NCBI GenBank assembly: GCA_964016885.1
Contig: OZ024758.1
Coordinates: forward strand, 15,314,001-15,378,000
DNA: 64,000 nucleotides
From: Eledone cirrhosa
Lineage: Eukaryota
Direction: 5' to 3'
A model generated the notes under the pieces. It was not told where the DNA came from, ran no database searches, and saw only the letters and a program-made list of their open reading frames with translations. Shown one piece after another: positions 1-15,478 of the stretch (its first letter is position 1; the number at the start of each line of letters is the position of its first letter). A program made the position numbers and the translations under genes.

Positions 1-664
1 GTATATTTATATATATGTATATTTATATATATGTATATATATATGTATATTTATATATATGTATATGTATATTTATATATATATATATATATGTATATTT
101 ATATATATATGTATATTTATATATATATTTATATGTATATTTATATATATATGTATATTTATATATATATTTATATATATATGTATATTTATATATATAT
201 ATATATATGTATATTTATATATATATATATATGTATATTTATATACATATATATATGTATATTATATATATATATATATGTATATTTATATATATATATA
301 TATGTATATTTATATATATATATATATGTATATTTATATATATATATATATGTATATTTATATATATATATATATGTATATTTATATATATATATATATG
401 TATATTTATATATATATATATATGTATATTTATATATATATATATATATATATGTATATTTATATATATATATATATATATATGTATATTTATATATATA
501 TATATATATATATGTATATTTATATATATATATATATGTATATTTATATATATATATATGTATATTTATATATATATATATGTATATTTATATATATATA
601 TATATATATATGTATATTTATATATATGTATAGATATATGCATATATATATATATATATATATA
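1..664. repeat. TA-rich compound microsatellite (gtatattt(at)n units)
   Basis: Direct inspection. Confidence 0.95.
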
Positions 665-972
665 TTTCGTTTCTGAATTTGTTTAGCAAGATTCTTTATC
701 TGAAAACGTGTGTTGAAACCAATATTGTTATACTTTGGGAGGGTCATGTTGCCAATAACAAACAAAGAAAAGAATCCCCAGTCACTGAAGAGGTCACAAA
801 ATGTGTGACGAAAGAACTTTGACAATATATGAACAACCGTCCGGTTGTGGAACCAACCAACCAACCGGAAATTTATAAATTCCTAAATTTATAAATTTAT
901 TATAAATTGAAGTGAAAGCAACTGGTGCGTGTGTTTCTTATTGGCAACATGACCCTCCCAAAGTATAACAAT
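665..972. mobile_element. Family-A fold-back (Penelope-like) insertion in (TA)n
   Basis: An antisense 3' arm (665-757) is joined to a sense arm containing the HHR. Homologous to 17889-18380, 19096-19803, 19869-20040 and decayed 32020-32200. Confidence 0.75.
781..823 (+). ncRNA. Minimal type I hammerhead motif in family-A fold-back element
   Basis: gtca CTGAAGA g gtcaca..tgtgac GAAA gaac TT tgac. Stem I gtca/tgac, stem II 5-6 bp. Confidence 0.75.
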
Positions 973-1792
973 ATATATATATGTATATATATATCACTAT
1001 TTAATGCCGCTTTTCCATGCTGGCATGGGTTAGACTAGTTATCCTGCTGTGAGCAATGCCAGGTCATGTGACCATGTTTTGCTCATACAGGACTAATTTT
1101 GGCTTGGTTTCTATGGCTTGGTCGATAAAATAAAGTGCCAGTAATGCGCTGGGGTCCATTTAATTGACTTTCCCCTTCCCCCATATTACTGACCTTGTGC
1201 CTAAAGTAAAAACAGTTATTATTATATTATTTCAGTGGATTGGCAGTATCGGTAGAGGGTTGGACGCCATGCTTTCCAGCATAGTTATGTCCCTTTACGA
1301 TCTGAGTTCAAATCCCGCCGAGGTTGACTTTGCCTTTCATCCTTACGGGGTCGATAAAATAAAGTACCAGTAATGCACTGGGTAATTGCTTGCCTTGTGC
1401 CAAAAGTAGAAACAATTATATTATATTATATAAAATTATAATTGTTTCTACTTTTGGCACAATTATATAAAATTATAATGGAATGTTTTTAGATAAAGTT
1501 TTATATCAGAGACCTGAGGGTAGTTTGGTGTCAAAAGGGTTAAATCTATTAAATTAGAAGTTTGTTTTTCCTCTTCAAAAACAGTTTCCATTCTGTTTTT
1601 CTCTTTTGAAATTATCACTTGATAACATTCCAAACTTTTACTTTTTATCTTCATTTCACAGTGTATTCAATAAAACAGACATTGTAATGTACTCTCCATG
1701 TGAAAATTACCTGGTTACTAAATATATAATGTATTAAACATTAGCTCCATACTTCTTCTCTACTACATGAACTTTCATTCACCTCTAATTAA

Positions 1793-2358
1793 CCCTTTAG
1801 CATTTACATTACTCTATATTTACTATTGTATTTTCACAGTAAAGGCTTTACCTCATATAATATCTACATTACTCTATATTTATTATTGTATGTTCACATA
1901 AAAGGCTTTACCTCAATTATCTCACATAATATCTCACATAGCATTTACATTACTCTATATATACTATTGTATTTTCACATAAAAGGCTTTATTTCACATA
2001 TCTCACAGCATTTACATTACTCTATATTTACGATTGTATTTTCGCTGTAAAGGTTTTACCTCACATATCTCAAATAGCATTTACATTACTCGATATATAC
2101 TATTGTATTTTCATGTAAAGGCTCTACCTCACTTAATTATCTCACATAATATCTCTGATAGCATTTATATTACTCTATATTTCCTATTGTATTTTCGTGG
2201 TGAAGGCTTTAATCTCACATAATTATTCCACATAATATTGAATCTGTGAGATTTTGATATTTATTTTGAGAACATTTAACATCAGTATGAGTGGACGGTT
2301 ATGGGCAGTTGGAACAGAAAAAGGTGTGAGAATTCTGACCAGTTTAAATACTAAAGGG
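1793..2358. mobile_element. piggyBac-like MITE with internal tandem expansion
   Basis: TTAA-CCCTTTAGCATTTA...TAAATACTAAAGGG-TTAA. Family copies lie at about 25121-25628, 27446-28196, 29150-29480, 41233-41450, 41470-41703, 58785-58920 and 60430-60830. Confidence 0.75.
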
Positions 2359-3128
2359 TTAAATCTATATAATACTAAAAGATTGTTTTTTCATACATGA
2401 GTGAAATTTGATTGGTTGATTCAGTCGCGTGAATAAGCACATCAACTTTCATGCCAGTTTGTGTTTGAATTTCTATTTACTTAAAAAAAGTGGCTCAAGA
2501 AGGTTTTTTTTTATAACTGCAATTTGATTGGTTATAAATAAAATTATGACTGTCACCTGAACAAGTACATGAAATTTTGCGCCTGTATTTGGGAATTTTT
2601 TTGTAGCCATATATATATATATGTATATGAAAAATATGGGGAGAAGAATACTGCATGGTTGCACATGGATTGCATGTTATAAAATGAGTCCCTCATCAGT
2701 GATTTGCCAACGATCATTGGTATTTCATTGCATTAAAAATCGTATACCTCACGTTGGTGCGACAATAACTAAAATAAGTTATTAAGACATATATATATAT
2801 AGTGAAAGAGTGAAGAATAACATGGACAACAGTACAAAAAAGGGTTTTATTTACAGTATTAACATTTGTTTCACTGATTAAGTTGTCTAAAAATTGCTGA
2901 ACACTTGAAGTTGTGCCACTGAATTTTAAATACGTTGTTAGCTTAACCAAATTATCAGAAAGGACTGTTAAAAACATATTCAGCGTTTACGAATTCAAAT
3001 TACATCATTAATAACAACGCCGTACGCTAAAACTATCCCCAATACGAAGTATTCACAACCTCTAACTGGATTACCTATAACAATATTTTGTTATCCCTTA
3101 TATATATATATAGATATATATACACATA

Positions 3129-3452
3129 CATGGTTTAGTGGTTAGAGCATTGGCCTTGCAATCGAAAGGTTGTGAGTTCAATTCTCAGACCGGGTGATGT
3201 GTTGTTTCCTTGAGCAAGACACTTTATTTCACATTGCTCCAGTTTACTCAGCTGTAGAAATTAGATGATAGGGACTGGGGTTCATATCATTCCACTGCAA
3301 AGTGGTTGTGTAGGTGCCATGGCAAAAAAGCACTCACTGTAAATGAGGTTGGTGTTAGGAAGGGCATCCAGCTGTAGAAATCAAGCCAGAATCAGTTCCT
3401 GTCCCGCCCTTGCAAGCAGGGAAAAAGCAGACGTAAAATGAAATGATGATGA
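3129..3452 (+). mobile_element. tRNA-headed SINE family 2 with RTE-derived 3' tail
   Basis: Head tggtttagtggttagagc..gagttcaattct, middle ccttgagcaagacactttatttcac, core ggtgttaggaagggcatccagctgtagaaa, tail cccttgcaagcagggaaaa..gacgtaaaatga(tga)n. Confidence 0.85.
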
Positions 3453-3477
3453 TTATATATATATATATATATATACG

Positions 3478-3891
3478 ATATTAAACAAATGGAAACTATA
3501 TTTATAAAACTATATTTATTTCATTATACATATTTCAGGGATACCATATTAAAAATATGGCATGCCTTCTTCAGATAAAATACAATATATAAGCAGTTTT
3601 ATAAATAAATTTGACGTACCATAAATATTGTTCAACTTCCATTTAAAAAAGTTGGTTTGGAATGGAAGTTGAACAATATTTATGGTACGTCAAATTTATT
3701 TATAAAACTGCTTATATATTGTATTTTATCTGAAGAAGGCATGCCATATTTTTAATATGGTATCCCTGAAATATGTATAATGAAATAAATATAGTTTTAT
3801 AAATATAGTTTCCATTTGTTTAATATCATATATCTACTCCAAAACTTGTTGAGTGCTTTATATCAGTTATAAAATATTTACTCGTAACTTT

Positions 3892-3895
<4 letters not shown>
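3478..3895. mobile_element. Family-C fold-back element with near-perfect inverted arms of about 165 bp
   Basis: 3478-3643 is the reverse complement of about 3661-3827, with a short spacer and (TA)n flanks. Relatives lie at 45860-45920 and 46480-46595. Confidence 0.8.
3726..3780 (+). ncRNA. Hammerhead-like motif, family C (inverted copy 3524-3578; relative at 46498-46551)
   Basis: ttat CTGAAGA agg-c-atgccatatt..aatatggtat-c-cct GAAA tat GTA taa. Stem II pairs covary in the 46.5-kb relative. The first stem I pair is U-U. Confidence 0.55.
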
Positions 3896-3934
<39 letters not shown>

Positions 3935-4204
3935 TCCTTCCAGGTTCATTTCACATTATATACATGTCTGTGTATATTTTAATTATTTAAAAATTATTTA
4001 TAAGTGAACATGATTTTTTAAAAATATTTTAAAGTGAATGTGACCCAACGGGTCACGGGTGGTCTAGTGTAAAGTAAAAACGATCATGATGATGATGACA
4101 ATGATTTAGTTTCTTAGTGATTAAACATTTTCATAGTTATCTAATCAGCCATTTTTATATTCCTGACAAAATCAAATTATTACTTGTATTCCTCCACCGA
4201 ACCC

Positions 4205-5165
<961 letters not shown>

Positions 5166-5589
5166 CACCCCAATGTTCAAGTAGAAAAGTTAATATTCAT
5201 ATTAACCTTATAATTTAAAAGTATACTATCAACCATTAAAGATAGTTTTATCATCAACCTGTTATAATCAGAATAACCTCCATTGCTTGTCATTTCCACC
5301 ACATCTGGTCAGCCATATTGGAACTACCAACAGATGAACCACATCTGGTCAGCCATATTGGAACTACCAACAGATGAAAATATAAATAAAATACATCTGA
5401 AAGTAAATAATTTAGTTTTATTTCATATGGCAGGTTCTTTTTTTTTTTCTTTTTTTCTTTTATTCTTCCTTTTCTTCTTTCTGTTGTTTTTCTTCCTTTT
5501 TCTTGTTTTTGTTGTTGTTTGTTTGTTGTTTTTCTATCAGAACTATATTAACCAGTTCTGTAGTTAAAGGTTAGTTGAGATAGTTGCTC

Positions 5590-6305
5590 CACCAAGCACA
5601 ACCAGCACTACCCTTGCCACCACCACCACCATCAGTGCCCTCACCATCACTACCACCACCACCACCACCATCACTACCACCACCACAACCACCATCAGTG
5701 CCCTCACCACCACCATCACTACCACCACCACAACCACCATCAGTGCCCTCACCACCACCATCACTACCCTCACCATCACTACCACCACCACCACCATCAC
5801 TACCACCACCACCCACAACCACGACCTACCCTCACCACCACCTACCCTCACCACCACCACCCACCACCACCATCACACCACCTACCCTCACCATCACCAC
5901 CCACCATCACCAACCACAACCACCACCCATAACCACACAAACCACTGTCACCATCATCACCACCGTCACCAACACCACCACCACCACCCACAACCACCAT
6001 CACCACCACCCTCACCAACACCACCACCACCCACAACCACCATCACCACCACCCTCACCACCACCACCCTCACCACCCTCACCAACACCATCACCACCAC
6101 CCTCACCAACACCACCACCACCACCACCCTCACCAACACCACCACCACCACCACCCTCACCAACACCACCACCACCACCCTCACCAACACCACCACCAAC
6201 AACCACCATCACCACCGCTCTCACCACCCTCACCAACACCACCACCACCCTCACCACCACCACCACCACCACCCACAACCACCACCACCAACCACCAACA
6301 CCACC
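5590..6305. repeat. (CAC)n-type trinucleotide array
   Basis: Direct inspection. Similar arrays lie at 6480-6680, 42570-42885, 50830-51455 and 55910-56195. Confidence 0.9.
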
Positions 6306-6773
6306 ATTTCCACTTCAAATATTTTCTCTATATTCTAGAATTAAAAAGAAAATGAAAAATCTTGTATTTATTTATTTCCAACCTGAATCTTTCCTCTGAA
6401 GTTAATTGAAGGTTTTCAAAGAGATTAATAGATGTTATGGCCAGGAATCTTACACAAGGGAATCAAAAGTCTACTACCACAAAACACACTACTGTTGCTG
6501 CTGCTGCTGCTGCTGCTACTACTACTAGTAGTATTACCAGTATTACTATTACTACCACTACCACTACTATTGCTACTACTACAACCACCACTACTACTAC
6601 CACCACCACTACCATCACTACTACTACCACCACCACCACTACTACCACCACCACCATCACCACCACTAGTACTACAACTACTTTTCTTTTCTTTTTGTCA
6701 TCCTCTTTTTTGTCTTTTTTCTTTTTCTTTTTTTTTTGTCTTTTTCTTATTTTTATTTTTATTTTTATTTTTA

Positions 6774-6804
<31 letters not shown>

Positions 6805-6861
6805 TTTTTTCATCCTTTTTCTTTCTGAGAGAGTCATGATGGCAGTCCTCAAACACTCCTT

Positions 6862-6903
<42 letters not shown>

Positions 6904-8226
6904 GCTTCATATCATGTCTCCCTATTTATCTGATGAGAACGCAGATATCATCCCATGATAATAAAATACTTATAATAAAATACCATTATAATAAAATACT
7001 TGGAACTCTTTTAACCATCTTTTCATCTTTCCTGCATAAGCGGCTGTTATTTCTAGCACCGTGAATGTGGGATAGCTAGTTTTGGCCTGCCTACCCACGT
7101 GTAGTCAGACCTGCAAAATTTTTGATGTGAGATAGACTAATCTTACTGGATTCCTGTTGATATGCACAGAAGATTTGGACATTTCACTCTTTTATTTCTA
7201 TTCCATTTCGATTCTCTTTATTTTTCAATTCACATTCCACCGTTGCGAAACTTATTTAGGTTTCGAGGTTCAAATTCGTCTACAGAACAGGTTTGAATTT
7301 TGAAATTTAAATATGTCCAGGAATCATGGCAGTTGCCAATATAAGCTTGTCTTTATTGACTTGTATCGAGACAGACAAATTGTATTCACTTTTATTAGTT
7401 TATTTCATTAATAGCTAACTTTGTCTGTTGCAATGTAAACACATTTCGTGTTTATCATATACTTTAAATGTATATATATATATATATATATATACACAAC
7501 AAAGAAAGTGTGGTAAGAAACCAGGTGGACCATAACACTGGCTTAGTTCGAATCTAGCTGTCGAAACAGCTGGAACTCGGCTATCGGGCCAATTCTGGCC
7601 AGACTTTTCTCCTGACATGGACTACATAACTGACCCATGCAGGCATAGAAAAATGGACGCAAAATGGTGATAATTATATATATATATATATAATGTGTGT
7701 CTCTATATATATAAAATTGTTCCATCCACTGTGTTGATGGCACAACTGTCCACACTCTAAGGTGGTCGTGTAGGAGACAGTGAAAAGGCTCCCAGTCCAC
7801 ACTGTAAATGTGGTTGGTGTTAGGAAAGCCATCCAGCTGTAAAAAATCTGTCAGAGGCGCTTCTATACGAGCAAGACACGCTCTCCCGATCATTCCCGCA
7901 TCAAATGGAACAAAACTGTCTAACCCATGCTAGCATGGAAGATGGACGTTAAACAATGATGATGATGATGATATTTCGTGTGCATGTTCTCACAGGAATA
8001 TTTTCTGTTGAAAAAAAAAAAAAAGAAATCCTTGAAATATATTGACTATTCCCGAAAGAACTTTCTAGAAGTCTGCCTAATGAAGCTGCTCACCTGTAGT
8101 GCCATACCAGCCACTAGCCATATATTTACTCACTGTGAACTGTTACCTAATTTTAGTTGTCCTACTTTGTCCTATTTTTTCCATCATTACTTCCTTAAGA
8201 TGATATAAATGGTCTGTCTGTGTGTG

Positions 8227-8257
<31 letters not shown>

Positions 8258-10289
8258 CTGTCTCTCTTTTTCTCTCTTTCTATCTATCTATCTTTCTCTC
8301 TCTTTCTATCTATCTCTCCTCCCTCTCTCTTTCTATCTATCTCTCCTCCCTCTCTCTTTCTATCTCTCCTCCCTCCCTCTCTCTTTCTGTCACACTCTCT
8401 CCTCTCTCTTTCTATCACTCTCTCTCTCTGTCTCTCTTTATGTTGCTCTCTCTCTCTCTCTGTCTCTCTCTGTCTCTCTCTCTGTCTCTCTCTATGTCTC
8501 TCTCTCTGTCTCTCTCTATGTCTCTCTCTATGTCTCTCTCTATGTCTCTCTCTATGTCTCTATTTCTCTCTCTCTATGTATCTCTCTGTCTCTCTGTCTC
8601 TCTCTATGTCTCTCTCTCTCTGTATGTCTCTCTCTCTCGCTATGTGTCTCTCTCTGTCTCTCTCTCACACACACATTCTCAATCATATAAGTGCTATAAA
8701 GGTTAGAAGAAAACATAACTTCTTATTTTATTATTAGATATGCTCCTCGGAATATCAAAATGGATGATTGAAGTGACATTCCTTGCTATTGGCTACATTT
8801 ATATTCTGTCTATACTTATTGTGTAGAACATCAGAAGAGGCAGAGCCAAAGTTGGTCCTGTGGGATCCCTGGCATGAAGTGAGAAAGTGTGGTGGATGTT
8901 ATGTTGTATATATTGACAACCTGAAATAGGTTACTGGACTGGAATCTGTCCAGGAATTGAAGATGACACTGAGTGACATGGAAAGATGGTGGATGTCATG
9001 TCACAGTATATTTTGACTATTTGAAGCTGGAGACTAGACTGGAGTCTGTCTAGAAACTAGAGATGACAATGATGGACAAAGATGTGTGGAAAAGAACCTT
9101 ATTGCTTTATTTAGCCCAGGTGGGAACCCAGCCTAACTAAATATTATAAAAGTGTAGCTAAGTGTTACCATCAAGTCTGGTGGGGGCAAAGGGTAGGAAA
9201 ATGTTGAATCCCCAGATAGGAGATATCTGAATTATTTAAGAAATAGAACTTAATGTTTTAGTTGTATAAAACTAATTAATTTTAAAATTACATTATTTTT
9301 AAGATTTTAAGTTAAAGTTCTTTGAATATAAATCAGAAAAAAAAACGTGGAAAATACAAAACTCCAGCCAGCCTGGATAGGACACCAGTCCATCACAGGG
9401 TTAACTCTCAACTGCTGTTGGTTTTCATTTTCAAGTCAATGAATTGAAGCAACAGGAAGTAAAATGCCACCTGATTTTGGAATCAAACCCATAACCAATA
9501 AGTCACATATCTTCACATTTATTTAAGTAAAATGCTACCTGGCTTTGGAATCAAACCCATAACCAATAAGCCACATTTCTTCACATTTATTTAAGAAGTA
9601 GATCATAATGTTTTAGTTGTATAAAACTAATTAATTTTAAAATTGCATGATTTTTACAATTTTAATTTAAAGTTCTTTGAAAATGAATGAGGAAAAAAAA
9701 TGTGGAAAGTTTCTATTACTTTCTTTATAATTTACAACTGCATGTGAAAAGTTAAAATCAATTTAATTATTTAATGGAGAAACATGTAAGTTTATTAGAT
9801 TTAGGTTTATATAATAAAAGTTGGTATTAAGAACTGACTGAATAAATCTTATTAAATTGCTAGTTGATTAAAGTTAATAAGAATAAAGATAGACTACAAA
9901 AAATCTAAAATGTGTGGCTTAGTCGGATATAAATGAAGGAAATAACTAACGAGAAGTAATTCTCAAGAAGTAACTAGTAGTATTGATTAAAAATGGATAT
10001 AGAATGTAATTGAATTTTTAAAAAAAGACAAGATAGAGTAATAGATTAAGACGAGAAAGAAGAGGACGCATGAAAGGGAATGTGTGACAAAAGAACTTTG
10101 ACAAACTAATCAATAACTAGTAAATAAAGATATAGTAAAAAGCAGAAATCATGTGGTGCATGAAAACCACATAGTCCCTGGAAAGAAACTGTGCAGTTAT
10201 AAATAAAATTAGTTGAAATTAATGCAAGATTTCACAAAACTTTCATGAAATTTTTTAACCCTTTAGTGATATTTGACCAAACCTGCATC

Positions 10290-11900
10290 TACACACAGAC
10301 AGACATGTACAGACAGGCAGACATGTACAGACAGGCAGACATGTACAGACAGGCAGACATGTACACACAGACAGACATGTACACACAGACAGACATGTAC
10401 ACACAGACAGACATGTACACACAGACAGACATGTACACACAGACAGACATGTACACACAGGCAGACATGTACAGACAGGCAGACATGTACAGACAGACAG
10501 ACATGTACAGACAGACAGACATGTACAGACAGACAGACATGTACAGACAGACAGACATGTACAGACAGACAGACATGTACACACAGGCAGACATGTACAG
10601 ACAGACAGACATGTACAGACAGACATGTACACACAGACTGACATGTACACACAGACAGACATGTACAGACAGACAGACATGTACAGACAGACAGACATGT
10701 ACAGACAGACAGACATGTACACACAGACAGACATGTACAGACAGGCAGACATGTACAGACAGACAGACATGTACAGACAGACAGACATGTACAGACAGAC
10801 ATGTACAGACAGACAGACATGTACAGACAGACATGTACAGACAGACAGACATGTACACACAGACAGACATGTACACACAGGCAGACATGTACAGACAGAC
10901 AGACATGTACAGACAGACAGACATGTACAGACAGACAGACATGTACAGACAGACAGACATGTACAGACAGACAGACATGTACAGACAGACAGACATGTAC
11001 AGACAGACAGACATGTACAGACAGACAGACATGTTCAGACAGACAGACATGTACAGACAGACAGACATGTACAGACAGACAGACATGTACAGACAGACAG
11101 ACATGTACAGACAGACAGACATGTACAGACAGACAGACATGTACAGACAGACATGTACAGACAGACAGACATGTACACACAGACAGACATGTACACACAG
11201 ACAGACATGTACAGACAGACAGACATGTACACACAGACAGACATGTACACACAGACAGACAGGTACACACAGACAGACAGACATGTACACACAGACAGAC
11301 AGACATGTACACACAGACAGACAGACATGTACACACAGACAGACAGACATGTACACACAGACAGACAGACATGTACACACAGACACAGACATGTACACAC
11401 AGACACAGACATGTACACACAGACAGTCATGTACACACAGACACAGACATGTACACACAGACACAGTCATGTACATACAGACACAGTCATGTACACACAG
11501 ACAGACATGTACAGACACAGACAGACATGTACACACAGACACAGTCATGTACACAGACACAGTCATGTACACACAGACAGACATGTACACACAGACAGAC
11601 ATGTACACACAGACACAGTCATGTACACACAGACACAGTCATGTACACACAGACACAGTCATGTACACACAGACAGACATGTACAGACACAGACAGACAT
11701 GTTCAGACACAGACAGACATGTTCAGACACAGACAGACATGTTCAGACACAGACAGACATGTTCAGACACAGACAGACATGTTCAGACACAGACATGTAC
11801 AGACAGACACAGACATGTACACACAGACACAGACATGTTCAGACAGACACAGACATGTACACACAGACAGACATGTTCAGACAGACAGACATGTTCACAA
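10290..11900. repeat. Minisatellite of about 16-bp units, acagacagacatgtac (about 1.6 kb)
   Basis: Direct inspection; the palindrome acatgt occurs in most units. Confidence 0.95.
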
Positions 11901-11968
11901 ACACACACACACACACACACACAATGTAGTATGACAAATTCTTGATGAAAAATAATATACACATACAG

Positions 11969-12031
<63 letters not shown>

Positions 12032-12091
12032 CAGGCACACATACATCACATGTCACATCACACACACTAACACACATACTAGCACACACAC

Positions 12092-12131
<40 letters not shown>

Positions 12132-12873
12132 ATCACATCACACACACACCCAATATATATACATATGGTTGGTGTTAGGAAGGGCATCCAGCTGTAGAAA
12201 ACCCGCCAGACAGTCCTATGCGAGCAAGACAACCACTCTTGCCTCAAGTGGGAAAACTCCCGTCCAAACCCATGCAAGCGTGGAACATGAACATTAAACG
12301 ATGATGATGATGATGATAACAATCCCATATAATATAATACATATAATACGACCCTTTCCATTCTGAGTTCAAATCCCGCCGAGATTAACTTTGCCTTTCA
12401 TCCTTACGGGGTCGATAAAACAAAGTACCAGTAATACACTGGGGTAGTTGCTGGCCTTGAAAAAATTATAATATAAAACATATTTAAATAAATCTCTTCA
12501 TTTCTCCTCTTTGAATTTTCTCTTTATTAATGTTTCCTGATTAATTACAATTATTGATTATCAAGATAGAAATCAATTTGTTTAGATAATATCTAGTTTA
12601 TTTCATTGTATTTGTTTTCATTAACACCCCCCCACACACACACACACCCATATATGTGTATATATATACACATATATATATATATACACACACACACACA
12701 TATATATATATATAAACACACACACATACATATAAACACACACACACATATATACACATATTCAAACATATATATATATACACACACACACATACACATA
12801 TATACAAACACACACACACACGCATGCATATATATATATATACATACACACACACACATACACATATATACAA

Positions 12874-12915
<42 letters not shown>

Positions 12916-13678
12916 ACACACACACATATATATACACATATTCACATAATCACTGTAAATGAGGTTGGTGTTAGGAAGGGCATCCAGCTGTAGAAATCAA
13001 GCCAGAATCAGTTCCCGTCCCACCCTTGCAAGCAGGGAAAAGTAGACGTAAAATGAAATGAAAATGAATGAAATGAATGAAACACACCTTTTGAAAGGTT
13101 TGGGATCACTAAATAATATTTGTTTCTACTTTAGGCACAAGGCCAGCAATCACCCAGTGCATTACTGGTACTTTATTTTATCGACCCCGTAAGGATGAAA
13201 GGCAAAGTCAACCTCGGCGGGATTTGAACTCAGATCGTAAAGGGACGTAACTCTATGCTGGAAAGCATGGCGTCCGACCCTCTACCGATACTGCCATGCT
13301 AGCTGAATAGAATAAACCCATTATTTATACATAACCATGGAGAGTTAATTTGAAACTCCTGTTGTAAAGTGTGGAGGATGTAGCATCTAAAATTTGAATA
13401 AATTTGGTTTGTGTGTCTGTGTCTGTGTGTCTGTCTGTTTGTTTGTGTGTCTGTCTGTGTGTCTGTTTGTCTGTGTGTCTGTCTGTGTGTTTGTCTGTGT
13501 GTCTGTCTCTGTGTGTGTGTGTATGACTGTTTAAAAAGTTTATTCTTGCTAATGGAAAAAATAGAAGCAAATGTTGTGTAAGGTCATCGTGACCTGATAA
13601 CATTTATTTATCAGCAGAAAGTTTTCAATTTATATTTCGGAAATTTCTTTTGACATTCATATTATTTGTGTAAACACG

Positions 13679-13741
<63 letters not shown>

Positions 13742-13946
13742 ATATATGCGCGTATATGCATATAAACACACATATATGCATACACACGTACATATATATA
13801 TGTGTGTGTATAGATATATGCACATATATACATACATATAAACACACACACACACACGCACACGCACACACGCGCACACGCACACGTGTGTGTGTATATG
13901 TGTGTACATATATTCCTTGATACTTTATACTATTTCTTGGTAAAGG

Positions 13947-14255
13947 GCGGTGGATTGGCAGTATCGGTAGAGGGTCGGACGCCATGCTTTGACGCATAGT
14001 TACGGCCCTTGCCATTCTGAGTTCAAATCCCGCCGAGGTTAACTTTGCCTTTCATCCTTACGGGGTCGTTAAAATAAGGTACCAGTAATACACTGGGTAT
14101 TTGCTGGCCTTGTGCCTAAAGTAGAAACAATTATTTCTTGGTAAAATCCCGCCGAGTTTAACTTTGCCTTTCATCCTTACGGGGTCGATAAAATAAAGCA
14201 CCAGTAATACACTGAGGTAATAGCTGGCCTTGTGCCTAAAGTAGAAACAATTATT
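13947..14255 (+). mobile_element. tRNA-headed SINE family 1, with a 3' duplication in this copy
   Basis: A-box/B-box-like head (tggcagtatcgg ... gagttcaaatcc), body ttgcctttcatccttacggggtcgataaaataaagtaccag, tail agtagaaacaattatt. Other copies lie at about 1233-1418(+), 13120-13295(-), 22205-22345(-), 29247-29410(+), 31493-31806(+, tandem), 32679-32864(+), 39735-39962(-), 41757-41955(-), 51459-51650(+) and 59340-59540(-). Confidence 0.85.
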
Positions 14256-14489
14256 TCTTGGGAAAAAGCATAAAACCTTTTTCACTCTTAGTGATTGCCT
14301 TCAGGTCTGCTCAGCTTTCAGCTTAAATTTTTCAAGGAAATTATTTTCTCAAGCTGGCTGTAACTGTGTCTTAGTACTCAACCGAAAGAGCTGGGATATA
14401 TTTAAAGTCTGCGGTGCTGTGACTGAGGAAACCACAAATCAGGAGAGTATTGTATGTTTCTTCCCATACTTAGAGTACTACCCTAACTT

Positions 14490-14765
14490 GTGATCTCCCT
14501 GGTCTCGGCATTGCACACTTTATACAAAACGCCAGCACCAACAGTTTTGCAAAAGATGTCAACATGAATGGACGTGTTATTTTTATCTAAAGACATTTTT
14601 TTTTCCAATTCTGAACCGCCCGTCCCCTCAATCTATCTTATTCCTCATTCTTTCTTCTGATGAAGGACTAGCGTCCGAAACGTTAAGACCCTCTTCTTGC
14701 TATTTCAAGCATTAACCTAATATATACCTTCCATATACTGTACCGATTGTGTTGTTATTTCTGTT
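14490..14765 (+). mobile_element. Putative Penelope-like 3' end (decayed endonuclease C-terminus and 3' UTR with HHR)
   Basis: KRCQHEWTCYFYLKT..(frameshift)PILN weakly resembles the R..E..WI..L.T..P.GLN end of Penelope GIY-YIG domains, and is followed by the 14653 HHR. Confidence 0.4.
14653..14688 (+). ncRNA. Minimal type I hammerhead motif with palindromic stem III (AACGTT)
   Basis: tctt CTGATGA a ggac-tagc-gtcc GAAA cg TT aaga. Confidence 0.78.
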
Positions 14766-15094
14766 TACCTTTTACATATATTTATATATAACATCTCTGT
14801 CTGATGACCGATGCAGACGTATGTTAATATTGTCTGGGATCCTGAAACCTTTGGTAATGGAGTAGTTATATTTTGTGTTGTTCGCTTTCTAATATATATA
14901 TATATATATATAATACAAGGACAATTTGTTAAGCCTTCATTATGTTTATTGATTGGTGACACGTGTTTCACTATTGATCAGCTCAAGGTTCGATCTGTAT
15001 CGATCTTACCCGACTCTGGAATCAAAAGCTCGTTGGACCTCTGCTGGGTGAACCTACAGTAACTTCACGTTACACTCCCTGGATATATATATAT

Positions 15095-15146
<52 letters not shown>

Positions 15147-15255
15147 AAAATGTTTGACCCCGATGGCAGAGCTCAAGCCGTTTTGACGGCTATTTCTGGA
15201 CTAAATTAGAATTTTTGTCATGTCTTTTACACGGCCACTTTACAGTGTGGGGTGG

Positions 15256-15296
<41 letters not shown>

Positions 15297-15297
<1 letters not shown>

Positions 15298-15386
15298 AGG
15301 GTGTCTCAAAAAATTTGAGATCATTGAGCTAGGCTTAGTAGTTTTCGAGATATTTGCTTTTAAAATGTCAAATTTTTTGGGACACC

Positions 15387-15389
<3 letters not shown>
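15297..15389. mobile_element. Tc1/mariner-type MITE
   Basis: TIRs cagggtgtctcaaaaaattt / aaattttttgggacaccctg with TA flanks. Confidence 0.8.
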
Positions 15390-15433
<44 letters not shown>

Positions 15434-15478
15434 GAGAGTAAAACAAAGAAGCCTTCAATACATCAAAAGTCTTTATTA

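Noticed and set aside
2820-3090. Family-E elements (also 34660-34880 and 35790-36028) as hammerheads
   Set aside because: GAAAC-aaat-GTT and a gtatt/aatac stem are present on the minus strand, but no CUGANGA-like core; at best decayed.
3129-3200. tRNA genes at SINE heads
   Set aside because: Cloverleaf pairing is poor and the heads continue into SINE bodies; they are tRNA-derived, not tRNA genes.
14808-14850. CTGATGA...GAAAC second motif; also CTGATGG...GAAAC at about 49248-49325 (minus) and CTGATGA at 6930
   Set aside because: Stem I and/or the base of stem II do not pair, so chance or decay cannot be excluded.
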